Shown: piece after piece, positions 53,737 through 64,000 of the stretch
Layout of the letters: every line of letters starts with the position of its first letter
How positions within the stretch are numbered: position 1 is the stretch's first letter
DNA from: Pseudovirgaria hyperparasitica
Lineage: Eukaryota
Reading direction: 5' to 3' (one strand)
Length of the DNA stretch: 64,000 nt
NCBI GenBank assembly: GCA_010093815.1
Contig: ML996576.1
The notes under the pieces: generated by a model
The model's input: the letters and a program-made list of their open reading frames with translations, nothing else
Told to the model about the DNA's origin: nothing
Database searches by the model: none
Program-made: the position numbers and the translations under genes

Positions 53737-55956
53737 GGCCTGGCATACAATACTACATACACACATACGCCAACCAAACCTGATCTACAACCACTACATC
53801 ATCTCCCTCTATCGGCCATCTCCAAGTCACTCCTACAGTTATACGACTACTTAGACCCGGATACACCAAAGTGGCCTCTACTCTTCATCAACCACCACGC
53901 CTTTTACCAAAGACAAACCAAAAAAGCAACATGAATCGATAAAAGCCTATTCTCACACCCATCCAATCCTCCAATCCGCGCAAAACAGCAGCATAACAGC
54001 AACAAAATCGTATCGAGATCCAAATCAAGCAACAAGCTTTCGAACCAAGCCACGCATATGGTAGTGCACGAATCAGCACTCACCCACGCCTCGCTCCCAG
54101 CATGCCTACCTATGCGACTCGAAAACAGACACCACATGGCAAAACTCTCATAGCGCGCCCGTCCATCAAACGTTCGAAAAGCTTAAAAACGTTCTAGCAG
54201 CCTTCCAATGCTCTACGACTCGCGAACGTCAGGTGCAGCAGTTGCGAGTAATGGGCTCTTTTCATCGTTCGCGCTGCCTCATCGGGTCTTCCGTGCGCGC
54301 GTTCAATCAAACTTAATGTAGCGCTATTTGCTATTACGGCGTGTGCACGTACCACGTTTGGCGGCCTGAGGCTACTTGCTTGCTTGCTGCGCTCTACCTC
54401 CCACACCTACCTATACCAACAGCAACGACACCTTTCATGACGACGACCACATTACCCTTCCGAAAGACCCGCAGGATCGGCCTCTCTCGCTGTATTCTCA
54501 TACACATACACATACACATACAAACAACATCAATACACATACACGCACACAACACACCCTTGTACAACAAACAACAAACCAACAACAAAACACCATTGTA
54601 ATATCCCAGCGCTTTTCCCACCCTCGTCCCCCTTACCGTTATGGACTCAAGAAGATCGCCAACACACAGTGTTCGGCATGTAATGCATTTTCACTGGCGC
54701 AACTCGGGTGATTGTTTTATTGAAATGGTTTTTCTATACCTAGGCTAGGGGACGATGACGATGAGCCTCAAGGGCACTCACGGGAGAGGTTGGTGGATCT
54801 GATGTTAGATTATATATATACCCTGAATTGATTTACCGATTTTCTTTACTTTTTTTTCACTTTTGCTTGGGTGCTGTGATCGAGGTTTATTGTGATAATA
54901 TGGCATGCTTGTATGCCATGCTTCTTTCTTTGCCTATCTACCATGCTCGTTCCCATGCAACCATCCACGCCCCCGTATCCCTACCTCATGCATTACACAT
55001 CCCCTGCACCCGTACACCACACAAACCCCCAGCAATCGTATACTGTACCATCCACGCACCACCACGCAGTCTCATGCTCGTCATGCAGCATGCTCATCAT
55101 CATAACCCCTCGCATTAGGGCGGCGCTTCTCTCCAACTGCCAAGACACTTTATCCCTGCCCTGTCCTGTCCTTTGGAAGAAGCATAGCCGCAGCCAACTG
55201 ATACAACCAAAGTAAACGAAAATAATGGCTGTGTTATGCTGGGATTGTGTTTGTTTCTGTAGCCGCTGCGTGGATATATATGGATGGACGGATCGTGGTT
55301 TCGGTCGAACTGTGCCGCAGCGATGCGTGAGTGGGGATTTTTGGCGGCTGCTATTTACTGTCTATGCACTTACTGCTATTTCAGTAGCTGGTTGCGCGGC
55401 TCTATTGCTGCTGCAAATGCACTTCGCCATCCATACATCCCTACATCCACACATCTATCCAGCTGCCAGTCATCATGCGTCCAGTACCTCATGTAATGCA
55501 ACATGCAAATGCAGTCATTGCCCTTTTGGCATTCGTAATTTCTGCTGCACCCTGCCAGGTACATCTGTACTCCACCCTCGCTGCACCCTCACTCCACCAT
55601 CCAGTCATCCATCTATTCCTCGTCCATCCCTCAGCCATACATAATCCCAGCTGCCCTGGTCGCTATTATATCATATTATATTATATTCTATCATGTTACC
55701 CCGCGCTGCTCTGCTCACGCGTCTGCCCGGTTGCTATCTATGCTGAATCTCCATGTCTATAAATCTATATCAATGATTATCCGAATCCATGCTTATCTTC
55801 ATCCCTACAGGCTCACCCACGCCCGCATTACGAACACGTCCACGTCCACATCCACGTCTACATTACGACCACCTTCAAGAACACACCCACGCACGCCATT
55901 GCGTTTGGTCGTCGTCAGCTGTATGTTTTATACTGTGCGTTGTATATTATATATTA

Positions 55957-56116
55957 TATACTGTCTGCTCTATACTGTCTGCTCTATACTGTCTGCTCTA
56001 TACTGTCTGCTCTATACTGTCTGCTATATACTATCTGCTATATACTATCTGCTATATACTATCTGCTATATACTATCTGCTATATACTATCTGCTATATA
56101 CTATCTGCTGTATACT
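55957..56116. repeat. 14-bp minisatellite, 11 copies (TATACTRTCTGCTV)
   Basis: 4x tatactgtctgctc, 1x tatactgtctgcta, 5x tatactatctgcta, 1x tatactatctgctg, plus partial tatact. Confidence 0.95.
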
Positions 56117-58338
56117 TCTACGGTACCCTTAATGCTGTACAGAGTATACTCCATACTGTACACCGCATCCTCTGTCCCCCGTCCCCTAGTCAGTATCCTC
56201 CATCCTGCACACAGTATACCTTATACCAACCCAAAACGGGTATATGCGCGCATCCGCCTCCGCCGCTGCCGATTCTGGACTTACCAGCCAAATGAATGAA
56301 TTGGATGGATGCATTGGACAAGCCACCGCCACCGCCACCGCCACTGCCACTGTCAATGCCATGGACACGGGCACGGGCACGGGTATTGGCATGAGCATGG
56401 GCATGGGTACTGACCCATCTCGTGTCATCTTCTCCTCTTGGCCTCGTGTCATCTTTTCGTGCTCGTGTTCTTGTCTTGTTTTTGTTCTTGTATTGTCCTT
56501 GTTTTGTCGAGGTACGCGGGCATACATGCACGTATTGCGGGGATGGAGGGGCCGGGGACACGTAAGGATTGAGGGGCAGCAGGATTGAGAATTGTAAGGA
56601 TGTGAGCATGTGAGCATGTGAATCCAGCATGATGTTTTGGTGGATTGTGGGGAGGGGCCACGCATGGATATACCAGGCTTCGTGATGTGATGTGATGTGA
56701 TGGTGGGGGTGCTTTGTTGATTTGGATGCGAGGGGCTGGCATGGGCAGCATGGGTGAGGGGAGGTAGGATAAGATAGGATAAGGCAAGGGGAGGTAGGAT
56801 AAGGTAGCATAAGGCAAGGCAAGGACAGCCTTGTGGATGGCCATGTCTATGACGCTGTCTTACCACTCACTGAATATGGGCTGAGCATTGGGTACTTAAG
56901 TAGGTAGGTACAGTGTCGTGTTGTTGGTGGTTTGATTGAGTAAGTGGTTGTGTTGTTGGCGATTCAATCAAGTGAGTCGTTGCGCGGTAAGTATGTTTTT
57001 GTGTTGTTTGTGATTCTTTCATGGATTGAGTGATGTATAAGACATGCCTTGCGCTTTGTGATTTGCTATATACAACACCAAGACGCTTAAATTTACTACT
57101 GTCCTTGTATGTATGTATTCGTGATTTGTTGCTAGCCTGTCCATCCTCCAGCCTTTCTTACTTACTTGCTTGCCTCTTCTTCGTCTTAATAATCCGCTCT
57201 CTTCCGTTGCCTTCATTCTACACCACTACCAGCAATAATTCCAAAACACCGCCGCATGTACGAGCGAAGGCAGGGACTAGGGGATTCTTATCTTTAACTG
57301 CCCTGTCAATAACCTGCACATATATATGGTTCCATGGTATTGTAAGACACGGCAACGTGCTGTCCTCATGGCATCGCATGGTATGGTGGCTCGTGGCGGG
57401 ATGCTGTGTATAGACAGGGGTGCATGTCCTTGACCTGGACTTTGACCCTGCCCTTGCATGTGCAGACAGATAGATAGACAGACAGGCAGGCAGGTAGGCA
57501 GGTGTGTCGGATGCAGTCTACACGCTTTTCGCGCCGCTACCGCTGCCGTCCAGTTACCACGAGGCTGGGTGAACATCCGTTTCGGATATCGAATGATATC
57601 ACGTACTTACTTGCGCGCCCAGCCGGCAAGAAAAGAAGAAAGCAAGGAAGTACGGATGTCGAGAACGGCACTGCTTTGGAGTACAACATGCTAGGCCGCT
57701 GATACGAATCGAGTGTTGTTATGGCTTAGAAGCTTAGAGGTTTAGAATCTTGGAGACTTGGAGACATGGGGTGAGATAGATGGAATCTCATCAGTAGTGA
57801 ATTACTGCGGGATACTGCGAGTAGTGGGCTGGATATGGGTCCTTGTGACTTTATGTACAGTATGGTATTGAAAGACCTTTCGTCCATTCGGATCTATGCT
57901 GACATCTGCAGGAGTATCTGCATTCTACATTCCTCGCCAATTCATGATGCTATATTCGTAAAGCACGAATGGAGACATAAACTAGCCGACGAACCGAAAG
58001 GGTAAACACACGAGCTTCATATCCGGAGTGATGTTGCTGGTGTTGTTCTCGTCGAGGAAAGGTTCGATCTGATGCGATTCACATGTGCGACGTATGATGG
58101 AGGAGAGGAAGTTACGATGTTCAGACAGCTACAGCTACAGCAGCAGGGATCGCGAGATGTTCCACCTATCAAAACATAATACAGTGAAGGGTTCCCCGCG
58201 TTCTTCGTCAGCTCTCAGTGTACTTTATTGTGATCTATCTGAGGTCGTGAATGCTGCGCGGTCGGTCGTCAGCGATTGTCGTTATACGCTGACTGACTTC
58301 AGCTCCGGCCAATCGTGCCAGTCCACCATTCCTCGACA

Positions 58339-59990
58339 ATGGCCTCCTCGGAACCATTCTCGTTTGACTCACCTCGCGAATCCGCCGTAAAAGGGGCTCT
58401 GCGCTCCGACTTCTTCTACGGATACGCAACTGCGGCCTCCCAAGTCGAAGGCGCTTGGAACGTTGATGGCAAGGGAGAATCCATCTGGGACACATTCGCG
58501 CACGCCTCACCGTCTCGAGTCAAGGATGAATCTACTCCAGACGATGCAGTCCGCTCATACCATCTCTACAAGGACGACGTCAAGCTCTTGAAGAGCTATG
58601 GCGTGAACGCATACCGCTTCAGCCTTTCATGGAGCCGCATCATCCCCCTTGGCGGCGCCAACGATCCCGTCAACGAAAAAGGCATCGAATACTACAACAA
58701 CCTGATCGACGAGCTCCTTGCGAATGGCATCACGCCCTTTGTCACGCTCTTCCACTGGGATATGCCCCAAGCCCTCGAAGACCGCTATTGCGGCATGCTC
58801 AACCAAGCCGCCTACACGCCAGACTTCCTCCGCTACGCCGCCCTCTGCTTCACCCGCTTCGGCGACCGCGTCACGCACTGGATCACCTACAACGAGCCAG
58901 GCGTCTACGCCCTCGCCGGCTACGCTGCCGGCGTCCACGCGCCCTCCCGCTCCTCCTTCCGCGACCGCAACCCAGCCGGCGACTCCTCCACCGAGCCCTT
59001 CATCGTCGCCCACACTCAGCTCGTCACCCATGCCCGCGCTGCCCTACTCTACAATTCCACCTTCGCCCCGGTCCAGCACGGCTCCATCGCCATCACCCTC
59101 CACGGAGACTACTCCGCCCCCTGGGACCCGTCCTGCCCGCTCGACACCGCCGCCGCCCAGCGCGCACTCGAGTTCGAAATCGCCTGGTTTGCCGACCCGC
59201 TGTACGGCTCCGGCCCCGTCGCATATCCGCCTTCCATGCGCGCCCAGCTCGGCGCCCGGTTGCCGGACTTCACCCCCGAGGAGCGCCAGCTCGTGCGCGG
59301 CAGCTCCGCCTTTTACGGCATGAACACGTACACAACCTTCTATGTGCGGCATCGCGTCGAGCCACCTGACATCACAGATCATAGCGGGAATATTGAAAAG
59401 TGTGACCAGAACAGAGCGGGTGAGAGTCGGGGTCTGGAGACTGATACGGCGTGGCTGCGCGCGTGTCCGTGGGGCTTCCGCGCGCTGTTGAGGTGGATAT
59501 GGGCGCGGTACAAGGTGCCCATCTATATGACCGAGAACGGTACGACGGCGCAGGGCGAATGTAGTGATGGTAGTGGAGCGCCGGAGACGAGCGTGCTGGA
59601 CGATAGCTTCCGCGTGCAGTTTTTCAGGGACTATCTGACGGAGCTTGCCGAGGCGGTACGCGACGATGGCGTCGACGTGCGCAGCTACTTTGCGTGGACG
59701 TTTACGGATAATTGGGGTGAGTGCATTCAATCTCCTTGCCGCCAAAATCGGGGGGAAGGCAAGATATAAAGTGGAAATGTTGTGCTGACCTGATGCCAGA
59801 ATGGGCGGCCGGCTTCACGGATCGGTTCGGGGTCACGTTTGTCGACTTTGAGAGCGCGGAGAAGACACGGTATCCGAAACGCTCGGCGTACTTTTTGCGC
59901 GACTATTTCGGTCATTTGATCCGGGAGGCGCGGGACGAGGGAGTGGGGGAGGAGGAGGGTGATAGGAAGGGAGACATGAGTATTGAATGA
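58339..59990 (+). CDS. Glycoside hydrolase family 1 beta-glucosidase, intracellular, 2 exons
   Basis: FFYGYATAASQVEGAW, AYRFSLSWSRI, TLFHWD, catalytic TYNEP and MTENG, SYFAWTFTDNW|EWAAGFTDRFG (intron 59717-59799); no signal peptide. Confidence 0.96.
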
Positions 59991-60820
59991 CCTTCGGAGC
60001 AATTTTGGTTCAAACCTCAGGTACGTAGGGAAGCAAACCGTGAAAAAAGGGGATGTATGGCGTTCCAAATCGTCTTTCTCGTCCTCTGCACACTGACACC
60101 GTCATCGCGGCAATAGACATGTGAAATCAAAACTCCAAAAGCCTGCCTTGCCTCAAAATCTCGACAATGCACCCTGCCCACCTGCTGGACCGTTAGAACC
60201 CATTTAGCCTGAAGGACCTTGTAAGGAGAATCATCAGATTAAGACCTGACTACCCATGGGCGTATAGGGAACCCGTAACCCAAATCTTCCAGAACCAAGT
60301 CCCTTCAACGATAACGTATAACACGCGGATATATCGCGCGCGCCCGCGCATATCGGATGCACTACATCTCAAGCAGAACAGACTGTTCAGATAGCGTATG
60401 GACGGGAAAATCTCAACCCCGCAAATGATCCCTGTGCCGAGCATCGCGGTCGTGTAACACCGTGCTGCTAGTCTGGTTGTACATGCCGGGGCTTGCGGAA
60501 GATTCTGTATGACCTGCCTGCGAGAAGGGGTATATGTGATGTGGTCTTTTAGGGTTGACGGATGCGGAGACGCGGAGTTTTGTTTGCTACAATAGTGGAC
60601 TGGCGCTTAGTTTTAGAGAGCGGCCATTGCTTTCTGCTCAGTACGTTGGACGTGTGTTGGATTTTCATCTTGTATGAGTGGTGATTTTGGAATTGCATCC
60701 CGCGTTCTTTTGTGTCTAGAAGAGCAAGTTGAGACAGGTAGGTAATTTGACCACACTCAATGCGTCGAAGCAACGACTTCGCTAACATAATCCCAGACAC
60801 CCAGATAACTCAATCCCAAG

Positions 60821-62464
60821 ATGCGAGAAATCAGGCAAGCCATGGACCGCGGCGTCTCGGCGGCGGAGGAGAAGTTCAGCGCAGTCCACGTCGAAGAAGT
60901 CGTAGTACAGCGCATCACAGAGGAAGACCTCATGAACCTGTCCCGCCAGTCCATGAACATGCGCTCCCTAACCGGCCTGCGTATCTGCGGCGTCATGCTC
61001 GTGCAAGGCTGCAACCAAGCCGGCTACGGGGTCGACTGGGCGGTCATCGGCGGGATCAACGCATTTCAGCTCTGGCACGACTACTTCGGCTTCGGGACGA
61101 GCGGGGGCACGTTTGGGACGATCAATGCGCTGATGAGGATTGGGACGGTGTGCGGCGCGCCGTTTCTGGCGCTCTCTGATGTGATCGGGCGGCGCGGGGT
61201 GAGTTTTTTGGGGAATTTTATTGTGTTGGCTGCGGCGCTTATGCAAGGACTGGCGACGAATATGCCGACGTTTATGGCTGGGAGGTTTTTTCTGGGGTTT
61301 GGGTCGGCGCTGATGTCGAGTCCGCAGTACATGGCTGAGGTTGCGCCGGTGCATCTGCGTGGACGGCTGGTTGGTATCTTTGGCGCGTGCTTCCAGGTTG
61401 GCAGTATGGCGATGAATGCTGCGTTGATTGGGTTCTCGACTATTGGCAGTCACTGGGCTTGGAGGATTCCATTGATCCTCGAAGGCTTGTTTCCGTTGAT
61501 CGTCTGCTCGCTCATATATCTCATTACTCCAGAGTCACCCCGATACTTGGTACAGCGAGGGAAACGCGAGGAGGCAAAGAAGGTTATCGCGAGATACCAG
61601 ACCACGTCTGGCTCGGTGGACGAGCCAATCGTCGCGCTGATTCTGGCGCAGATCGAAGAATCGCTCGAGACGACTCGGACAAGTTTCAAGGCGGCCTGGG
61701 ACTTTCGAGTCTTCGCGACTTCGATCGTACGCTACAGACTTCTTGTCCTCGTCCTATACTCCTGCTTCCAGTCCTGGAACGGGGGCTCGATCGTGTCGTA
61801 CTATTCTACGCCAGCTTTGGAAACGGTCGGAATTACAAAGAGCATCGACCAGCTAGGCATCAATCTGGGGCTTACAGCGACGTACTTCGTTTTCACGTCG
61901 ATAGGCGCATTCCTGGTTGACAAGTTCTGGCGACGCACTCTCATCTTTGCTGGCCTCGTATCCGTCATCACCATGCAGACGCTCGCGACTATAACTTCCT
62001 GGCAGTACTCTGTCACTGGATCCAAGGCCACGTCAGTACTGACCATCGTTTGGATGTTTATCTTCCAAGTCTGTTCTGCACTCTTCATCGCCACAATGCA
62101 CAATCTCTATCCCGTAGAAATCCTGTCGCTTCCGCTGCGCGCAAAAGGGATGGGCCTCTATGGTCTGATTCAAGGTGCGGCAGGCGCTATTGAAGCATAC
62201 GGCATCTCCATCGGGATAGCAAAGATTGGGTACAAGATCTGGACAGTATACATTGCGTACAATTTGTTTCAGCTCATAGCTGCATTCTTTGTGTTTCCGG
62301 AAACGAGCAATCTGAGTCTGGAGGAGATTGATGCTGTATTTGAGACTCCAGGCGTTCACCCGGTGAAGATGAGCATGTCCATCCAAAAGGGTAGAAAAGA
62401 GCGGATGAGGATGATGGAGTCTGTCCGTGGCGACGATGGCGAAGCTGCTACTGCTATACAGTAG
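60821..62464 (+). CDS. Sugar-porter family MFS permease (lactose/cellodextrin permease-like)
   Basis: SDVIGRR, GRFFLGFG, YMAEVAPVHLRG, WRIP, PESPRYL, YPVEIL...RAKG, FPETSNLSLEEID motifs; probable 5'UTR intron ending 60796. Confidence 0.92.
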   Translation: MREIRQAMDRGVSAAEEKFSAVHVEEVVVQRITEEDLMNLSRQSMNMRSLTGLRICGVMLVQGCNQAGYGVDWAVIGGINAFQLWHDYFGFGTSGGTFGTINALMRIGTVCGAPFLALSDVIGRRGVSFLGNFIVLAAALMQGLATNMPTFMAGRFFLGFGSALMSSPQYMAEVAPVHLRGRLVGIFGACFQVGSMAMNAALIGFSTIGSHWAWRIPLILEGLFPLIVCSLIYLITPESPRYLVQRGKREEAKKVIARYQTTSGSVDEPIVALILAQIEESLETTRTSFKAAWDFRVFATSIVRYRLLVLVLYSCFQSWNGGSIVSYYSTPALETVGITKSIDQLGINLGLTATYFVFTSIGAFLVDKFWRRTLIFAGLVSVITMQTLATITSWQYSVTGSKATSVLTIVWMFIFQVCSALFIATMHNLYPVEILSLPLRAKGMGLYGLIQGAAGAIEAYGISIGIAKIGYKIWTVYIAYNLFQLIAAFFVFPETSNLSLEEIDAVFETPGVHPVKMSMSIQKGRKERMRMMESVRGDDGEAATAIQ

Positions 62465-62638
62465 GTTTTAGCGGGATAGGCTATGTCAGACTTCTCGGGT
62501 GCGTTGTTTGCAGTCTGAGTATTGCGACTTGTATCGAAGTAGTGATATTGATCACATTCATTCGTTCTCGACCTTAGTCACGGCCCCTTATGTAGTTCTC
62601 CAAGCTATCGGAATAGGAGACTGCTAACTCCGTCCATC

Positions 62639-64000
62639 TCAGATGATTTTAATTGTGCAGGAATGTGTCCGTCTCCTCCCTCTCTCAAGCCACTCGGTCG
62701 TGTCGGACGTTTCCGCAAAGCCACGGCAGCTCTGCATGAAGGAAGCCATGCTGCGCTTCTGATCGTACCCTTTTATGGCAAGATCTGGACCAGGGTTGAT
62801 CCAAAAGACACCTAGCCTGCGGTATTCGCCTTTGGACAGCGTCCTCTGCAACATAAGCCCGGCTGTGATCCATCCGCCTGGATGTATGTATGCATCGCCG
62901 ACGAGAAAGAAGTACACGCCTGGAGACATTGTGTCGGTCGGACTGTCGAACTGACACGCGATTACAAACTCGCCATCGGAGTATCGGTCTGCTCTGCCGT
63001 TGAGGAAGTCGTTGCGTGGGTTCGGTAACGGGTTCACTTTCTGGTTTGTGAGCGCTCCGTCGAGGCATATGTGCCCTTTGGAAACTTGTCCGAAAGGATC
63101 GTCTGTGTCTTTTTGTGTGAAAACCTCGATGACTTCTGCCTTATACGACGGGAAGGGCGTGTCTTGCAATTCTACTACCATGTCGGGCCTGCTCTTGTTT
63201 GTGTCAGGAAAGTCCAACGTGGCGCTGATGGAAGCCCAGGACCAAGTAGGCGTCCCTGAAGCAAGTCTTCTTCTCGAGCCACCACCTCGCCATTGCAAAT
63301 ATGTTTTCCAGAGCAGTGATATAGGCAGGTCAGCCTTCCACATTCCGGCGAAATATTCCGATGCGCTACCAAACCTACGAGCTACGCCCGAGATTGCAAT
63401 CAACTTATCCTTCTCCTCGAAAGATAGAGCACATTCACTATATCGTGCCATGATCGTACGCCACGTTGAACCTGGCTCAAGCTCCGCCCGTTCCGATCTT
63501 CGATCAGCCTTGATATCACTCTGTAGCATCCAAGGGGTGTGTGACACGCTGGACACGGGAGCCTGCGGTATGAAGGTGATGTGCTCGCTGTGGGACAAGT
63601 CATGCTCAGGATACTGTTCACATGCTCTCGAAGAACGACATTGCCAGTAAAGCTGATCTTGATCGAAATACAAGATGCGAGGAGCCAGTGCGAGCTCCTG
63701 AACGACCCAGCCACGTCGAATTATCGGTCCTTCAGCTACTTTACGACTCCAGATGTCTGCTGTGATGCAGAAGAATGCCGACGTAACCCCTGAACTTTCC
63801 ATGACGTTGACATAACAAGGTTCGATGGCAAGTGTGTTTCGGGTGGTGAATAGACTGTGTTCATAGCTATCGCTGTTGTTTGCTGCAATATTACACAGCG
63901 CATTCCGGTAAAAGTCTCCCATATAGACCGATTCCGCTGCCCAGTCTGACGCGGAGTCTTGCATGATACAGAGACAATCTATCCATATGTACCTATAGCC
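62639..64000 (-). CDS. HET-domain protein, 5' end outside window
   Basis: GYRYIWIDCLCIMQDSASDWAAESVYMGDFYRNALCNIAA, RRGWVVQELALAPRIL, YSECALSFEEKDKLIAISGVA, YFAGMW, PTWSWAS. Confidence 0.9.
   Translation of the reverse strand, partial: GYRYIWIDCLCIMQDSASDWAAESVYMGDFYRNALCNIAANNSDSYEHSLFTTRNTLAIEPCYVNVMESSGVTSAFFCITADIWSRKVAEGPIIRRGWVVQELALAPRILYFDQDQLYWQCRSSRACEQYPEHDLSHSEHITFIPQAPVSSVSHTPWMLQSDIKADRRSERAELEPGSTWRTIMARYSECALSFEEKDKLIAISGVARRFGSASEYFAGMWKADLPISLLWKTYLQWRGGGSRRRLASGTPTWSWASISATLDFPDTNKSRPDMVVELQDTPFPSYKAEVIEVFTQKDTDDPFGQVSKGHICLDGALTNQKVNPLPNPRNDFLNGRADRYSDGEFVIACQFDSPTDTMSPGVYFFLVGDAYIHPGGWITAGLMLQRTLSKGEYRRLGVFWINPGPDLAIKGYDQKRSMASFMQSCRGFAETSDTTEWLERGRRRTHSCTIKII

Larger units (their letters stand above)
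44804..58338. other. ~13.5 kb intergenic desert rich in di- to hexanucleotide microsatellites
   Basis: No ORF with family motifs or codon bias; tracts such as GA-rich ~45850-45912, (GT)n ~52411-52432, (CA)n ~52954-52986, (CATACA)n ~54499-54520. Confidence 0.75.

Noticed and set aside
54169..54263. Resemblance of gaaaagctt / aatgggctcttttc to the RNase MRP/P P4 helix, or to an HDV-like ribozyme
   Set aside because: Only ~70 nt between strands (too compact for MRP/P) and helix order does not fit HDV topology; kept only as an unassigned structure.
55957..56116. CRISPR-like array
   Set aside because: Head-to-tail repeats without spacers, in a eukaryotic genome with no cas genes.
44824..57702. 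Dozens of 60-226 aa ORFs in the desert (e.g. 45286..45960, 52796..53323, 55789..56295, 56186..56866)
   Set aside because: Translations are microsatellite-derived low-complexity strings in several overlapping frames, with no family motifs or codon bias.
58627..59745. Long overlapping ORFs on both strands within the GH1 gene
   Set aside because: By-product of extreme GC3 bias.
60549..60558. ttagggttga as a telomerase RNA template or telomeric repeat
   Set aside because: Single short match in the permease promoter/5'UTR; no template-like TAACCCTAA seen in the desert.
1..64000. tRNA, rRNA or transposable elements
   Set aside because: No cloverleaf/T-loop signatures, rRNA motifs, transposase/RT ORFs, LTRs or TIRs noticed by eye; tRNAscan-SE, Infernal and RepeatMasker would be needed to exclude them.

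Overview
Eukaryotic fungal DNA (filamentous ascomycete; short GT-AG introns with CTRAC branch sites; a Dothideomycete is my guess only). About 23 protein-coding genes. The housekeeping core is bL36m, PEX2, importin-11/KAP120, PIL1/LSP1, ERG9, eIF4E, mitochondrial IleRS, a DJP1-type DnaJ and SAM37/metaxin. Accessory genes are three HET-domain genes, two MFS efflux pumps (one frameshifted), an ABCC transporter, a CorA-like protein, a BBE-type FAD oxidase, and a GH1 beta-glucosidase next to a sugar permease. Two things stand out. (1) A ~13.5 kb microsatellite-rich gene desert (44.8-58.3 kb) whose only convincing coding signal is a 27-codon ORF missed by the ORF track (53653-53736, MMSTMSVSQLPPPPGPPPTRPLPAIPK). 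It has a TATA-like box, strong start contexts, an SH3-ligand consensus and a possibly structured RNA island downstream, so it is a candidate proline-rich micropeptide locus. (2) A secreted Kex2-processed repeat protein (5907-7028) that would release eight Gln-initiated peptides, lying beside a UstT-like MFS transporter. Family assignments come from motif recognition by eye; no database searches were run.
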